44,564 bases of DNA, taken from assembly GCF_001194135.2 (NCBI RefSeq), contig NC_068988.1:22739187-22783750 (forward strand), written 5' to 3'. Shown piece by piece: positions 11,841-22,972 of this stretch (its first letter is position 1; every line of letters starts with the position of its first letter). This stretch comes from Octopus bimaculoides. Its lineage: Eukaryota. The position numbers and the translations under genes are program-made. Under the pieces are notes generated by a model. The model made no database searches. It worked only from the letters and a program-made list of their open reading frames with translations, and was not told the origin of the DNA.

Positions 11841-12890
11841 CAAGGTTCAGTTTTATTTCAAGATTTCTTGCCAATAGTGAGAGAACTGGTTTCTAACCCA
11901 AATGATCATAGGCTCCTTCATTGGAATTGCAACAGCAACAGGGTATTTTTGTTTGTTCGTCAGTATGTTTATGTGCAGATTTGTTTGTTTTGCTTTATGT
12001 AAGTATTCGCATGCATACAGTTGCATATCTAAAAATGCTCATATATAGTCAAATGATAAACCTCTGGAAAGTTTTACAGATTTTTACAGTTCCAGTGATG
12101 GGTTGGATCTATAGTCTTCGAATTAGCTTTCTCCTTTTCGGTTTTGAGAAGACTAATTTCTCAAGATTGTTATTTAGGCAGTGTGTTACATATCTCAGGG
12201 CACCAATTATTGCAGGTATAAACCTGAACATGTAATGTGGCTAGAGTAACTGCAGATTTCTCAATAGTTCAACGTAAGTATTCTGTTTTTCAATGATCTT
12301 CAGCTCTATGTTAACATCCGCTGGGCAGATAACTTCCACAACTGTACACAGTTTCTCTTCCCTATCCAAAATCTTTATATCAGGTATGTTGTGCTTACAT
12401 TATATTGAGATCTTCACTGAGACATTCCACTCGTATTCCTTTTTATTATGACCGGCTATGGCTTCTACCATACTGTGGGTTCTTATTTCTTTGTTCTCGG
12501 AGTTATCCTTCCGACAGATTTCATTACAGAATGACCTCGCTACAACATCACGTCTCATCGATAGATAATACCGTGACACTTTTAGATAACTGCTTATCAT
12601 GTGGGTGATATTTTCAGTGTGAAATCCACAAAGTCTGCATCGGTTGTCACATTGTACTGCTTTTCCTGCAACTCTATCCCTTTTGTGCATCAGGTATTTG
12701 GTTAGTATTTCCAGTTCCTGGATTGCAAATGCATAACCTTCAATGTAGGAGGTAGCAATCCGGCTATAGGTTTATGATAGACTGCTTTCATGATCAATGT
12801 TACTATCATCTCGGAGCTTTCTGCTAATGTATCCATGCATAGTCTTCTGCTCATATAAGCTCAAACTTTCATCTGATGATATGTTGCGGT
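11841..12890 (-). mobile_element. 5'-truncated R4/Dong-type non-LTR retrotransposon remnant (CCHC knuckle plus restriction-like endonuclease), decayed
   Basis: Minus-strand translation IEGYAFAIQELEILTKYL...CRLCGFHTENITHMISS...RRDVVAR...EWNVSVK..*CKHNIPDIKILDREEKLCTVVEVICPADVNIELKIIEKQNTY...IIGALRYV...TGTVKICKTFQRFII* (stop 12049-12051). The CxxC..H knuckle followed by the PD..(D/E)..K endonuclease motif is the RLE-clade signature. About 200-nt 3' UTR containing AATAAA. Confidence 0.85.
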
Positions 12891-13260
12891 GTATGTATGT
12901 ACGTATGTATGTATGTATGTATGTATGTATGTATGTATGTATGTATGTGTGCGTGTGTATATATGAATACATCTATGTACATATATATATATATTTATAT
13001 ATATGTATGTATATATGTATGTTTTGATGCACACATGTTTTTGTATGCATGTATGTATATATGTGTGTATGTATATATGTATGTATAGATGTATGTATAT
13101 ATGAATGTCTATGTATGTATATATGTATATATGTATGTAGGTATGTATGTTTATGTATGTATGTATGTATGTATGTATGTATGTAGGTATGTATATAGGT
13201 ATGCGTGTATGTTTGCGCGTACTATGTAAGTATGTATATAGGTTTGCATGTATGTATGTC
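12891..13260. repeat. Long imperfect (TATG)n/(TA)n microsatellite
   Basis: Directly visible. Confidence 0.95.
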
Positions 13261-13615
13261 TGCATATATGCCTGTGTACGAGTGTATAGTTTCTAGTACT
13301 GCTGATGTTGATGATGTTGATGATGCTCATGCCAATACTCATAATGGTAGTCATGATGATGAACAGGAGGAGGCAGAGGAGGAGGACAAATTTACAGAAG
13401 GACTGACATTATGAAGAGTTATAAAGTTTAACGCCAATGTTTCCTATTTATTATTTAAAGTACAGAACTAGAAACCCGATAAATGATATTGCTGAGACAC
13501 GACAACATCCTATGCACTAAATTACTATTAAGTTAGATAAAGGTAGCGTGATACTTGAATCGGTAAATGTTTGTAGTTGATGTTCTGGTTTCCGTTATAA
13601 TTATATAACCCTAGC

Positions 13616-13947
13616 CAGTGGCGGACTAGGTCTGAAAATATTGGCTGCCAGAAGACTAAGGGGTACCACCTGAAACTACAAGGGGCCCACCCGCAACTAC
13701 AAGGCCCCCGCCCCCACAGCTACAATGCTATAATTAATTTTTTTTTGTTAAAAGTACTGTTTTGAACTGTCTACAAACACAGCCAGGCTGAAATAATTAA
13801 TGCATTGTTCCAGGAGTGAATAAAACATTCTCAAACTTGATGGGATGGGCCCATTAGATACTAATTTGGGCCCCCATATATGGATTCTAATGCCGCAGGT
13901 GCCCACCTGCCATCGGGCAAGCTGGCAACCTAGCTAATCTGCCACTG
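13616..13947. mobile_element. hAT-type MITE (332 bp)
   Basis: TIRs CAGTGGCGGACTAG and CTAATCTGCCACTG (12/14 complementary); flanking 8-mers accctagc and gtcctagc (6/8) fit a decayed 8-bp TSD; subterminal aactacaagg-ccc repeats. Confidence 0.75.
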
Positions 13948-14000
13948 GTCCTAGCTTAACAGAAACGACTAGACTTAAGAATAGAAAACGTTCATAGGTT

Positions 14001-14170
14001 CTCGGTCGGTTTACGACGACGAGGGTTTCAGTTGATCTGATCACCGGAACAGCCTGCCACTGAAACGAACGTGCATGTGGCTGAGCACTCCACAGACATG
14101 CGTGCCCTTTACGTTTTTCTCAGAGAGATTCAACGTGACAGAGAATGTGTCAAGGCCCTCTTAAATACAG
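14001..14170 (-). mobile_element. SINE family C 3' fragment
   Basis: Reverse-complement match to 10190-10345 (gtggagtgctcagccac...gatcagatcaactg..accctcg.cgtcgtaa). Confidence 0.85.
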
Positions 14171-14584
14171 GTACTATTTATTTTCACCAGCTAACTGGAC
14201 CGGGACAATGTGATAGAAAGTATCTCGTACAAGGCAGAAGGTGCTACCGAGAATCGAGCTTATGAAGACGCTTGCCTTCACAACAGAAAATATTCAAACT
14301 ATAACTCACAAACTATAACTCACTCAATGTTCAACCTCTCACTGCGTCTTCTTTTGCACAGACGCAATGCATCTAAGATCACATTATTCACCGTGTCCTA
14401 TTTTGTACTATGTAAAACATTAATGCGATATCTGAGGAAGATTTGGTTAACAATTCTAGTATGCCATGTACTGACATAGAGATTTCCATCGTTGGCTTTG
14501 ATGTATTATACTCCCTGCTCCAAGGATGAGAGTTCAAGAGCAATGCAGATGTTTTGTTTGGCTACCTTACAGAATAATACATTA

Positions 14585-14801
14585 CAGTAATCCCTCGATA
14601 ATCGCGGGTGCTACGTTCCAAACACCCCGCGATAGGTGAAAATCTCCGAAGTGGACACAGTACTGTACTGTCTTTTTTTATTGTTGTTATACTTTTAATA
14701 TATTTATTTTATTATAAATGCAAAACAACACACGGAGTAATCGACGTAAGTTTAAATAATAAACTGCTGTAGGTGAACCGCGATTTGGCGAGCGATTGCT
14801 G
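14585..14801. mobile_element. Tigger/pogo-type MITE (217 bp) with TA target duplication
   Basis: Left end TA|CAGTAATCCCTCGATAATCGCGG; right end reverse-complements to TA|CAGCAATCGCTCGCCAAATCGCGG; subterminal ccgcgat/taggtgaa motifs at both ends; AT-rich core. Confidence 0.8.
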
Positions 14802-15837
14802 TATTGCTACGGGAGTAGGGGGTTAGCTTTCCGTCCAACTCGCAATCTTAGAGGATCTGACTTTTTCATCGTGATGTGTGCTCACTATTCATTTTTCATT
14901 GCAAGGGTTTAAATCTTAAGTATTCATCAACTTGCAGTCTTAAAGAAAGCTATGAGTTTGAATCCTTGGAAAAGCTAAGTGAAGGGAAACTGTTGTCAGA
15001 TTCCTTTTCATTTAATACTGTATATGACAAGAAAGACAGTACAAATAAACATAAGTACTCAATAACATGCATTTCCGAGACCGAGATGTTACCAGTTATA
15101 CTATAAAACTTCGAAATTCCTATATGTCACCGACAAAGATGCATCCTATCCTGTCACTACCTACGTACTTCTATTCTATATCTGACACGCATTTTACAAG
15201 CTGTTTCTCTATTATGACATTGTCGAGAAATTCCGTTGATTCATGGATCTGATTAGGGTTTCTCTTGCAAATACAGACATAAAGTAATAAAAAAGTAACT
15301 ATATCAAAATTAACTCCTACACGCAACAGAACAACGCTCTTTCTAAATTCGGTATCATCCGTTAAGTTCTGCACGCTACTTAAACGTAGGTGGTAAGCCA
15401 ACCCTATGGCGTCTTGCGATTCTGAAAACAATATATTTCCCTTAATAATATACTACTTTAAAATTTCAAGCATGTTAGCTTCAGTTTAATTATGGACAAT
15501 ATAATGAAAATATACAATATATCAATACTTTGGCAATTACTGAATTATTTCTAGAAAAGCTAATACTATGCTAATTCATTTAATCATTCTGCTAAATAAG
15601 CACATTTACGTGTTGAGGCAAAATTTCCCCACTCAAAAGGGTTACATATATAAATTATAAGAATGCATTCGTGTGAGCTATCATAAGCGCATGCACTTGC
15701 ATACACACCTACACATATACACTCAAAGTAAACATGTAAAATATATATATTTTTTCCATATATGAATATAAATATAGATATAAATAAACATACATACCAA
15801 AGGTATCATCCACTACATCTAAATTCAGCCTAATATC

Positions 15838-16140
15838 CATTCTATCGTTACTTTTGTCGAGCCGTTAAGTTATGGAGTCTTAAATGCATCAACATAGGTT
15901 GTCATGCAGTGGTGAGGAACAAACACATACACACACGCTCACACACACACACACAAACACACACAATGTACGACAGCCTTCTTTTAGTTTCTGTCTACCA
16001 AATCGATTCACAAGGATACAAAGCATTAATCAGCCCGAGGCTATAATGGAAGACACTTGCTAATGGTACCACGCAATGGGACCGTACTCGAGACCATGTA
16101 GTTGAGAAGCAAGCCTCTTACCACACAGCCACACCTGCGC
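15838..16140 (-). mobile_element. SINE family B copy, diverged, short internal (CA)n, tail truncated
   Basis: Head (ttaccacacagccacacctgcgc; gaagacacttgc) and partial tail (gagccgttaagttatgg) flank a (CA)n run. Confidence 0.8.
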
Positions 16141-16369
16141 ATCTTTGGAATAGTAGACTTTCCGCTTAATTGCATCAAGATATTTGTGTCTTCGTGTTTG
16201 TGTATAAATACATACGTATATAAAAGAGATGAAGTGGAGGATCGAGTGTTGGAGATTTTCATATTATTTATTGTTTTGTCTAATTTCATCTCAAATGCAT
16301 ATTTTGATGTCTGACGCTTTATTTTATCAATTCTTATCTTTTTCGTAGAAAAGGGTTACTTTTCGTACA

Positions 16370-17096
16370 ATGCCTCGCTACACACAAACACACACAAACG
16401 CACACACAAAAGAAAATACACATACATACACAAAAACACGCACACAGACACAGACGAACACAGACATATATATACACACACACATATACACACATACAAA
16501 CACACACACAAAAGAAATTACACAAACGCGCGCACACACATTTACTTACAAACACATACATACACACACACACACATTCAGTTACAACCACACATACATA
16601 TACAAACACAAAAAAGACACACACAAGCACCCACACACACACATACATATTCACTTATAAACACGCACACGCACTACAAAAGAAAGTACCCACGCGCCCG
16701 CATACACGCACAAAGTCACTTACAAATACACTCACACATACACACACTCACACAAGCAGTCACTCACAAGCACACGCACGTGCACAAACATACACACACA
16801 CATGTGCACACACACACAAACATACGTACGCATGCTCACCTTCACACTCATAGATATCACGCACATCTCCAAGCTCACACATGCAAACCTATACACACAC
16901 ACACTCGGCTTCAATCAGACCAAAGACTATAAGAAAACTTCTTGTTTGAAATGGCGGAAGGCAATGAAATAGAATTACGTAAAAAAACATAAATACGAAA
17001 AGAAAGGAATCAAGCGAAAAATAATTGTAAAAGTTTAAAATTACACAAGAACACACACACACACACTGCAGTAAATGTATATATGCATAAATGCGC

Positions 17097-17131
<35 letters not shown>

Positions 17132-17160
17132 TGTGTGTGTGTATGTGTGTGTGTGTGTGT
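16370..17160. repeat. Degenerate (CA)n/(GT)n low-complexity region
   Basis: Directly visible; source of the THTH and CVCV ORFs. Confidence 0.9.
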
Positions 17161-18134
17161 NNNNNNNNNNNNNNNNNNNNNNNNNNNNNNNNNNNNNNNN
17201 NNNNNNNNNNNNNNNNNNNNNNNNNNNNNNNNNNNNNNNNNNNNNNNNNNNNNNNNNNNNNNNNNNNNNNNNNNNNNNNNNNNNNNNNNNNNNNNNNNNN
17301 NNNNNNNNNNNNNNNNNNNNNNNNNNNNNNNNNNNNNNNNNNNNNNNNNNNNNNNNNNNNNNNNNNNNNNNNNNNNNNNNNNNNNNNNNNNNNNNNNNNN
17401 NNNNNNNNNNNNNNNNNNNNNNNNNNNNNNNNNNNNNNNNNNNNNNNNNNNNNNNNNNNNNNNNNNNNNNNNNNNNNNNNNNNNNNNNNNNNNNNNNNNN
17501 NNNNNNNNNNNNNNNNNNNNNNNNNNNNNNNNNNNNNNNNNNNNNNNNNNNNNNNNNNNNNNNNNNNNNNNNNNNNNNNNNNNNNNNNNNNNNNNNNNNN
17601 NNNNNNNNNNNNNNNNNNNNNNNNNNNNNNNNNNNNNNNNNNNNNNNNNNNNNNNNNNNNNNNNNNNNNNNNNNNNNNNNNNNNNNNNNNNNNNNNNNNN
17701 NNNNNNNNNNNNNNNNNNNNNNNNNNNNNNNNNNNNNNNNNNNNNNNNNNNNNNNNNNNNNNNNNNNNNNNNNNNNNNNNNNNNNNNNNNNNNNNNNNNA
17801 TATATGCATGTGTGCCTACTGTGATGTATCGTTGAAATTACCAGTGAGGTCTTTGAAGAAAGCCAATATACATCCCTGAAATGCGTGCTTCAGTCAAGTT
17901 ATTAATGACGAAATGTACATCTAATGATGTGTTCCGCGTATTTATCCTCTCTTAGACAGTAAAAAAAAAAAGCCAAGAGAAAAAAAATGAAAACCAAAAT
18001 GAAAACTAGTTATGTACTGAAGAAATATCAAATCAGACATATTGTTCTAGATTGTGGTAAACCGATTCAATAGAGTTGATTGCAATTCTGTTGCGGAATT
18101 TCTACTGCAACAGCAAACACATTTGCTGGTACAA

Positions 18135-18152
18135 TCATCATCGTCGTCGTCG

Positions 18153-18196
<44 letters not shown>

Positions 18197-18548
18197 GTAA
18201 TCATCATCATCATCGTCGTCGTCGTCGTCGTCATAATAGTCATTACCGTCATCATCGTCGTCATCGCCATCATCGTCATCAACGTCATCATCATCATCAT
18301 CATCATCATCATAATGAACGCCATCATCATTGTCGTTGTCATCATCATCATCATCATAACCATCATCATCATCATCATCGTCGTCATCGTCACCATCATT
18401 ATCATCATCATCATCTTCATCATCATCATCGTCGTCATCATCATCATCATCATAGTCATCATCATCGTCATCATCATCATCATCATCATCATCATCAACA
18501 ACATTCTCATTGTCATCCTCGTCATCATCATGTTTAGCAGCATCATCA
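18135..18548. repeat. About 410-bp imperfect (CAT/CGT)n trinucleotide array
   Basis: Directly visible; gives poly-His, poly-Ile and poly-Met ORFs in three frames. Confidence 0.95.
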
Positions 18549-18744
18549 ATATTCCTCTTCCGTATACAGAAAGTGAAATACGACTATGTACAGGCTGTAT
18601 GATTGGATCTCAGTACGTATAAAGGAGTAAAGAGAATCATCTACGTATTCCGCCTGAGAAACAATACCTCAGGATTAAGTTCTGCATAATAAAAAAAAAT
18701 ATGGAAGAGTCATTCCATAAAAACACATACATATAGACATGCAT

Positions 18745-18780
<36 letters not shown>

Positions 18781-19567
18781 ACACACACACACACACACNN
18801 NNNNNNNNTATATATAAAGAATAATAATAAATGGAGCAAAACGCGTATAATCAATAAGTTCCTTTAATTCCTACATATGTTTAAAATTTATGTGCACTCT
18901 ACCCCAAAGAAGTAAGAGGTGCTGGAATTGCACATAAATTCATCGTCAGAGAACCAACATACAAAAGCAAGACTTGCGCTAAATGCTAAGGTTGCGTACG
19001 AGAAATAACACTATATAGCTAAGTAAATGACGGTTAGAAACAAGAACGCTAGTTTACAGGGAGCTATTAATTGAGAGAGGCTATGAACGCTATACTAAAA
19101 GATTAAATTAAAAGAAGACGTAATGAACCGCACAAGCAATAGATATACTGAGTCTGTTGCCATTTATGATTCACTTTGAAGGAACAATGGCTATAGTTCA
19201 ATACAAATACAGGGAAAGATGCAGTAAATAAATACATTAAAGTAAAAAATAAATCGGAAAAAATAACAATAATTCGAATAATCAGAAAAATATATAAGTC
19301 GATAATAGAATAGGTTTATCAAAGAAATTGGCTTCGAAGGAAGGTATGGATATTAAGACAGAGCAATATTCCAAGATAGATTGCCTGTTCTAGTATTAAT
19401 TTAAATGAATAGTAGAATAAGTAAATAAAGAAATAACGAAATAAATAATGTTGTTGTACTTGGGGATGGTCATATTGCCAGTTTAGCCAATAAAAACACG
19501 CGCACTGTATATTTGGTGTTAATTTGTTTCAGCTTTATATTACATTATATTACATTAATCCTATTTC

Positions 19568-19612
19568 GGCCAGAGTTCTTTCGTCACACTTCTATGACCT
19601 CATCAGTGGTCC
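19568..19612 (-). ncRNA. Minimal type I hammerhead ribozyme motif (intact core)
   Basis: Minus strand GGACCA-CTGATGA-G-GTCATA-GAAG-TGTGAC-GAAA-G-AA-C-TC-TGGCC: conserved CUGAUGA and GAAA boxes, 6-bp helix II (one G-U), 2-bp helix III, CUC cleavage triplet, helix I CCA/UGG. Confidence 0.65.
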
Positions 19613-20076
19613 TTTGCTTTCTTCTTTCTTATGTGTGTCTCACCTTGCTAACTNNNNNNNNNNNNNNNNNNNNNNNNNNNNNNNNNNNNNNNNNNNNNNN
19701 NNNNNNNNNNNNNNNNNNNNNNNNNNNNNNNNNNNNNNNNNNNNNNNNNNNNNNNNNNNNNNNNNNNNNNNNNNNNNNNNNNNNNNNNNNNNNNNNNNNN
19801 NNNNNNNNNNNNNNNNNNNNNNNNNNNNNNNNNNNNNNNNNNNNNNNNNNNNNNNNNNNNNNNNNNNNNNNNNNNNNNNNNNNNNNNNNNNNNNNNNNNN
19901 NNNNNNNNNNNNNNNNNNNNNNNNNNNNNNNNNNNNNNNNNNNNNNNNNNNNNNNNNNNNNNNNNNNNNNNNNNNNNNNNNNNNNNNNNNNNNNNNNNNN
20001 NNNNNNNNNNNNNNNNNNNNNNNNNNNNNNNNNNNNNNNNNNNNNNNNNNNNNNNNNNNNNNNNNNNNNNNNNNNN

Positions 20077-20129
<53 letters not shown>

Positions 20130-20315
20130 TAGAACAAAATAGGGCTTAAAAGAAAAGTTCAAAGTCAGAAAGGAGGGTTTAAGTTATTGGAATTTCACGC
20201 GTTGCTGATTTTGAAGGACGGCAGCGTATTTTCAAAAACATTGATTATGGTATCAGCATACACATATTTTCCCATTATGTGTTTAAGCACAAGTACATCA
20301 GCTCGTACGTTCATG

Positions 20316-20474
20316 GGAGTGGCTGTGTGGTAAGTAGGTTGCTTACCAACCACATGGTTCTGGGTTCAGTTCCACTGCGTGGCACCTTGGGCAAGTGTCT
20401 TCTACTATAGCCTCAGGCCGACCAATGCCTTGTGAGTGGATTTGGTAGACAAAAACTGAAAGAAGCCTATCGTA

Positions 20475-20505
<31 letters not shown>

Positions 20506-21064
20506 CGTAAATATACAGGGATTAGCATTGAGTTGCTTCTCCAACATACTGAAAATTTAGAAATAGCAGTCAAAAAACTACTGATTCTAAACTACAAATT
20601 TTTCTCTAAATGGATGGCGATATTTATGGCGCACATAGAACAAAAAACCAGAGTGAAANNNNNNNNNNNNNNNNNNNNNNNNNNNNNNNNNNNNNNNNNN
20701 NNNNNNNNNNNNNNNNNNNNNNNNNNNNNNNNNNNNNNNNNNNNNNNNNNNNNNNNNNNNNNNNNNNNNNNNNNNNNNNNNNNNNNNNNNNNNNNNNNNN
20801 NNNNNNNNNNNNNNNNNNNNNNNNNNNNNNNNNNNNNNNNNNNNNNNNNNNNNNNNNNNNNNNNNNNNNNNNNNNNNNNNNNNNNNNNNNNNNNNNNNNN
20901 NNNNNNNNNNNNNNNNNNNNNNNNNNNNNNNNNNNNNNNNNNNNNNNNNNNNNNNNNNNNNNNNNNNNNNNNNNNNNNNNNNNNNNNNNTTTTCATACTG
21001 AACTACTTGGCAAAATTGTTAATTATTAATTCTATTACTAATTGACGATTCCCTGCCCTTATTC

Positions 21065-21110
<46 letters not shown>

Positions 21111-21312
21111 ATGGGTGTCTGTGCTTGTCCCCCCACCATCGCTTGACAACCGATGCTGGTGTGTTTACGTCCCAGTAACTTAGCGGTTCGGCAAAAAGAG
21201 ACCGATAGAATAAGTACTAGGCTTACAAAGAATAAGTCCTGGGGTCGATTTGCTCGACTAAAGGCTGTGCTCCAGCATGGCCGCAGTCAAATGACTGAAA
21301 CAAGTAAAAGAG
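20316..21312 (+). mobile_element. SINE family B, full length, interrupted by a ~560-bp insertion in its internal (TA)n
   Basis: A-box TGGCTGTGTGG (20320), B-box GGTTCAGTTCC (20363), CORE-like ggcaccttgggcaagtgtc; (TA)n 20473-20505; insert 20506-21068; (TA)n(GT)n; tail ending ccagcatggccgcagtcaaatgactgaaacaagtaaaaga. Confidence 0.85.
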
Positions 21313-22104
21313 TATGTGAGCATTAGCAAGTAAATTTATATATATTTAGAGAGAGGTAAAGTGAGAGTGAGACAGACATACGTGAATATGTTATTTCTTA
21401 TACATTGTAATCAAAAGGCTCATAATTTCCTGTACACCGAGTTTCACGTTTCCGCTTTTTCCGCTGGTAATCTGAGTCAGTTTATTTTTGAATTATCAGC
21501 CGCTTGAATATAATTTTGAAATATATGTATGTTTTCCAGAAAATGCTAATAAAATCTCCGTTTTCTCCAACACATACATTTCATATCGTATTTCATCAAT
21601 AAACTAATGTTAATCCATAATCGGTCATATTTATTTGTCTTCCTATAGCGTTTTAGTTTTCACAAAGGAGCTATATAAATTTCTGTTGATTCACCGAGAA
21701 GCGATAAATTACAGAACCTCATATATAAATATAGAGTAACATGTACATTTGACCCGAGTAACAAAATGCTGTAAAATATTCCCCTGGTTATTTGTGGTTG
21801 TTCAGCATCCTATTGCACTTGGAACATGCAATACAGAGATTGTAAATAACCACAATCGTGACGAGTAAATAGGGAACAACTGATATAAACTTGTGTTTAT
21901 CATCAATTCTCCTACATTTTCTCAGAATATTATAACTGATGATACTACAAATTATAATAGACGGATAACTGTTATTCTGGAAGCTGACTGAATGATGTCA
22001 GTCTACTTGAAGTTCTAAACTCAATTGTAGCAGTCGTACATCTGAGCCTATACACCAGATATTATGGACGTGTACTACGAACAAGAGCGTTTCTGTCTTT
22101 CATC

Positions 22105-22347
22105 TTTTATTTGTTTCTGTCATTGCGCTGTGGCAATGCTGTTACAGCCCTTTGAAGCAGTACTTATTTTGTAGACCTGCTACTTATCTATCCGTCTATT
22201 TTTCCGAACAGATAAGTTACGGCGATGTAAACCAACCAACAACAGTTGTATCAAGCTGTATGAATTTGAACTCAGACCGTAGTGGCAGACGAAATGCCGC
22301 TAAGTATTTCACCGGGCATGCTAAAGATTCTGCCAGCTCGTCACCTT
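22105..22347 (-). mobile_element. Chimeric SINE: family A head joined to family B tail
   Basis: 22262-22347 is a family A head; 22105-22255 is a diverged family B tail on the same strand, directly abutting. Confidence 0.6.
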
Positions 22348-22364
22348 AATAATAATAATAATAA

Positions 22365-22583
22365 TAATGGTTTCAAATTTTGTCACAAGGGCAGAAATTT
22401 AGAGGGAGGGGTGAAGTCGATTCTATCGACCGCAGTGTTCAACTGGTACTTATTTTATCGACCCCGAAAGGATGAAAGGCAAAGTCGACCTGGGCGGAAT
22501 TTGAACTCAGAACGTAGCGACGGGCGAGACACCACTAAGCATTTCGTCCAGCGCGCTGACGACTCTGCCAGCTTGCTGCCTTA
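22365..22583 (-). mobile_element. SINE family A copy, full length (tail A2, (ATT)n end)
   Basis: Head, core and tail ...ccaaaatttgaaaccattattattatt on the minus strand. Confidence 0.9.
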
Positions 22584-22889
22584 TCTGTAATGATAATAAA
22601 CATTATTGAGGAAGAATTGAATGAACCACCTCATTGATATTTATGCCTTGTGTTAAAAAATGAGACGAATAGGATCATGGTTAAGATGGTCCTAAAACAA
22701 CAGGAAGAGGGGGCAGCGTCAAATTTATGACTCGACAGGGTATATTCCCTCAAACTATTATTTCGTGGGATCAAATGAAAATGACTACTTTGCTGTAATG
22801 TACTCGAAAACATTTCCAACTTGTCTTCAGGTTAGTAAAATAGAAAGAAATGTCTATATTTCTCAAACTGATAATCCTTTCTATTATAG

Positions 22890-22972
22890 ACACAAGGCCT
22901 GGAATTTGGGGGAAGGGGACAGTCGATTACATCGACTGGTACTTAATTCATCGACCCCGAAAGGATGAAAGG
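22890..22972 (-). mobile_element. SINE family A 3' fragment
   Basis: acaaggcctggaatttgggggaaggggacagtcgattacatcgactggtacttaattcatcgaccccgaaaggatgaaagg. Confidence 0.85.

Noticed and set aside
18067-18622. Poly-His, poly-Ile/Val and poly-Met ORFs suggesting a His-rich metal-binding or structural protein
   Set aside because: All three frames are by-products of an imperfect (CAT/CGT)n array, with no non-repetitive domain or splice support.
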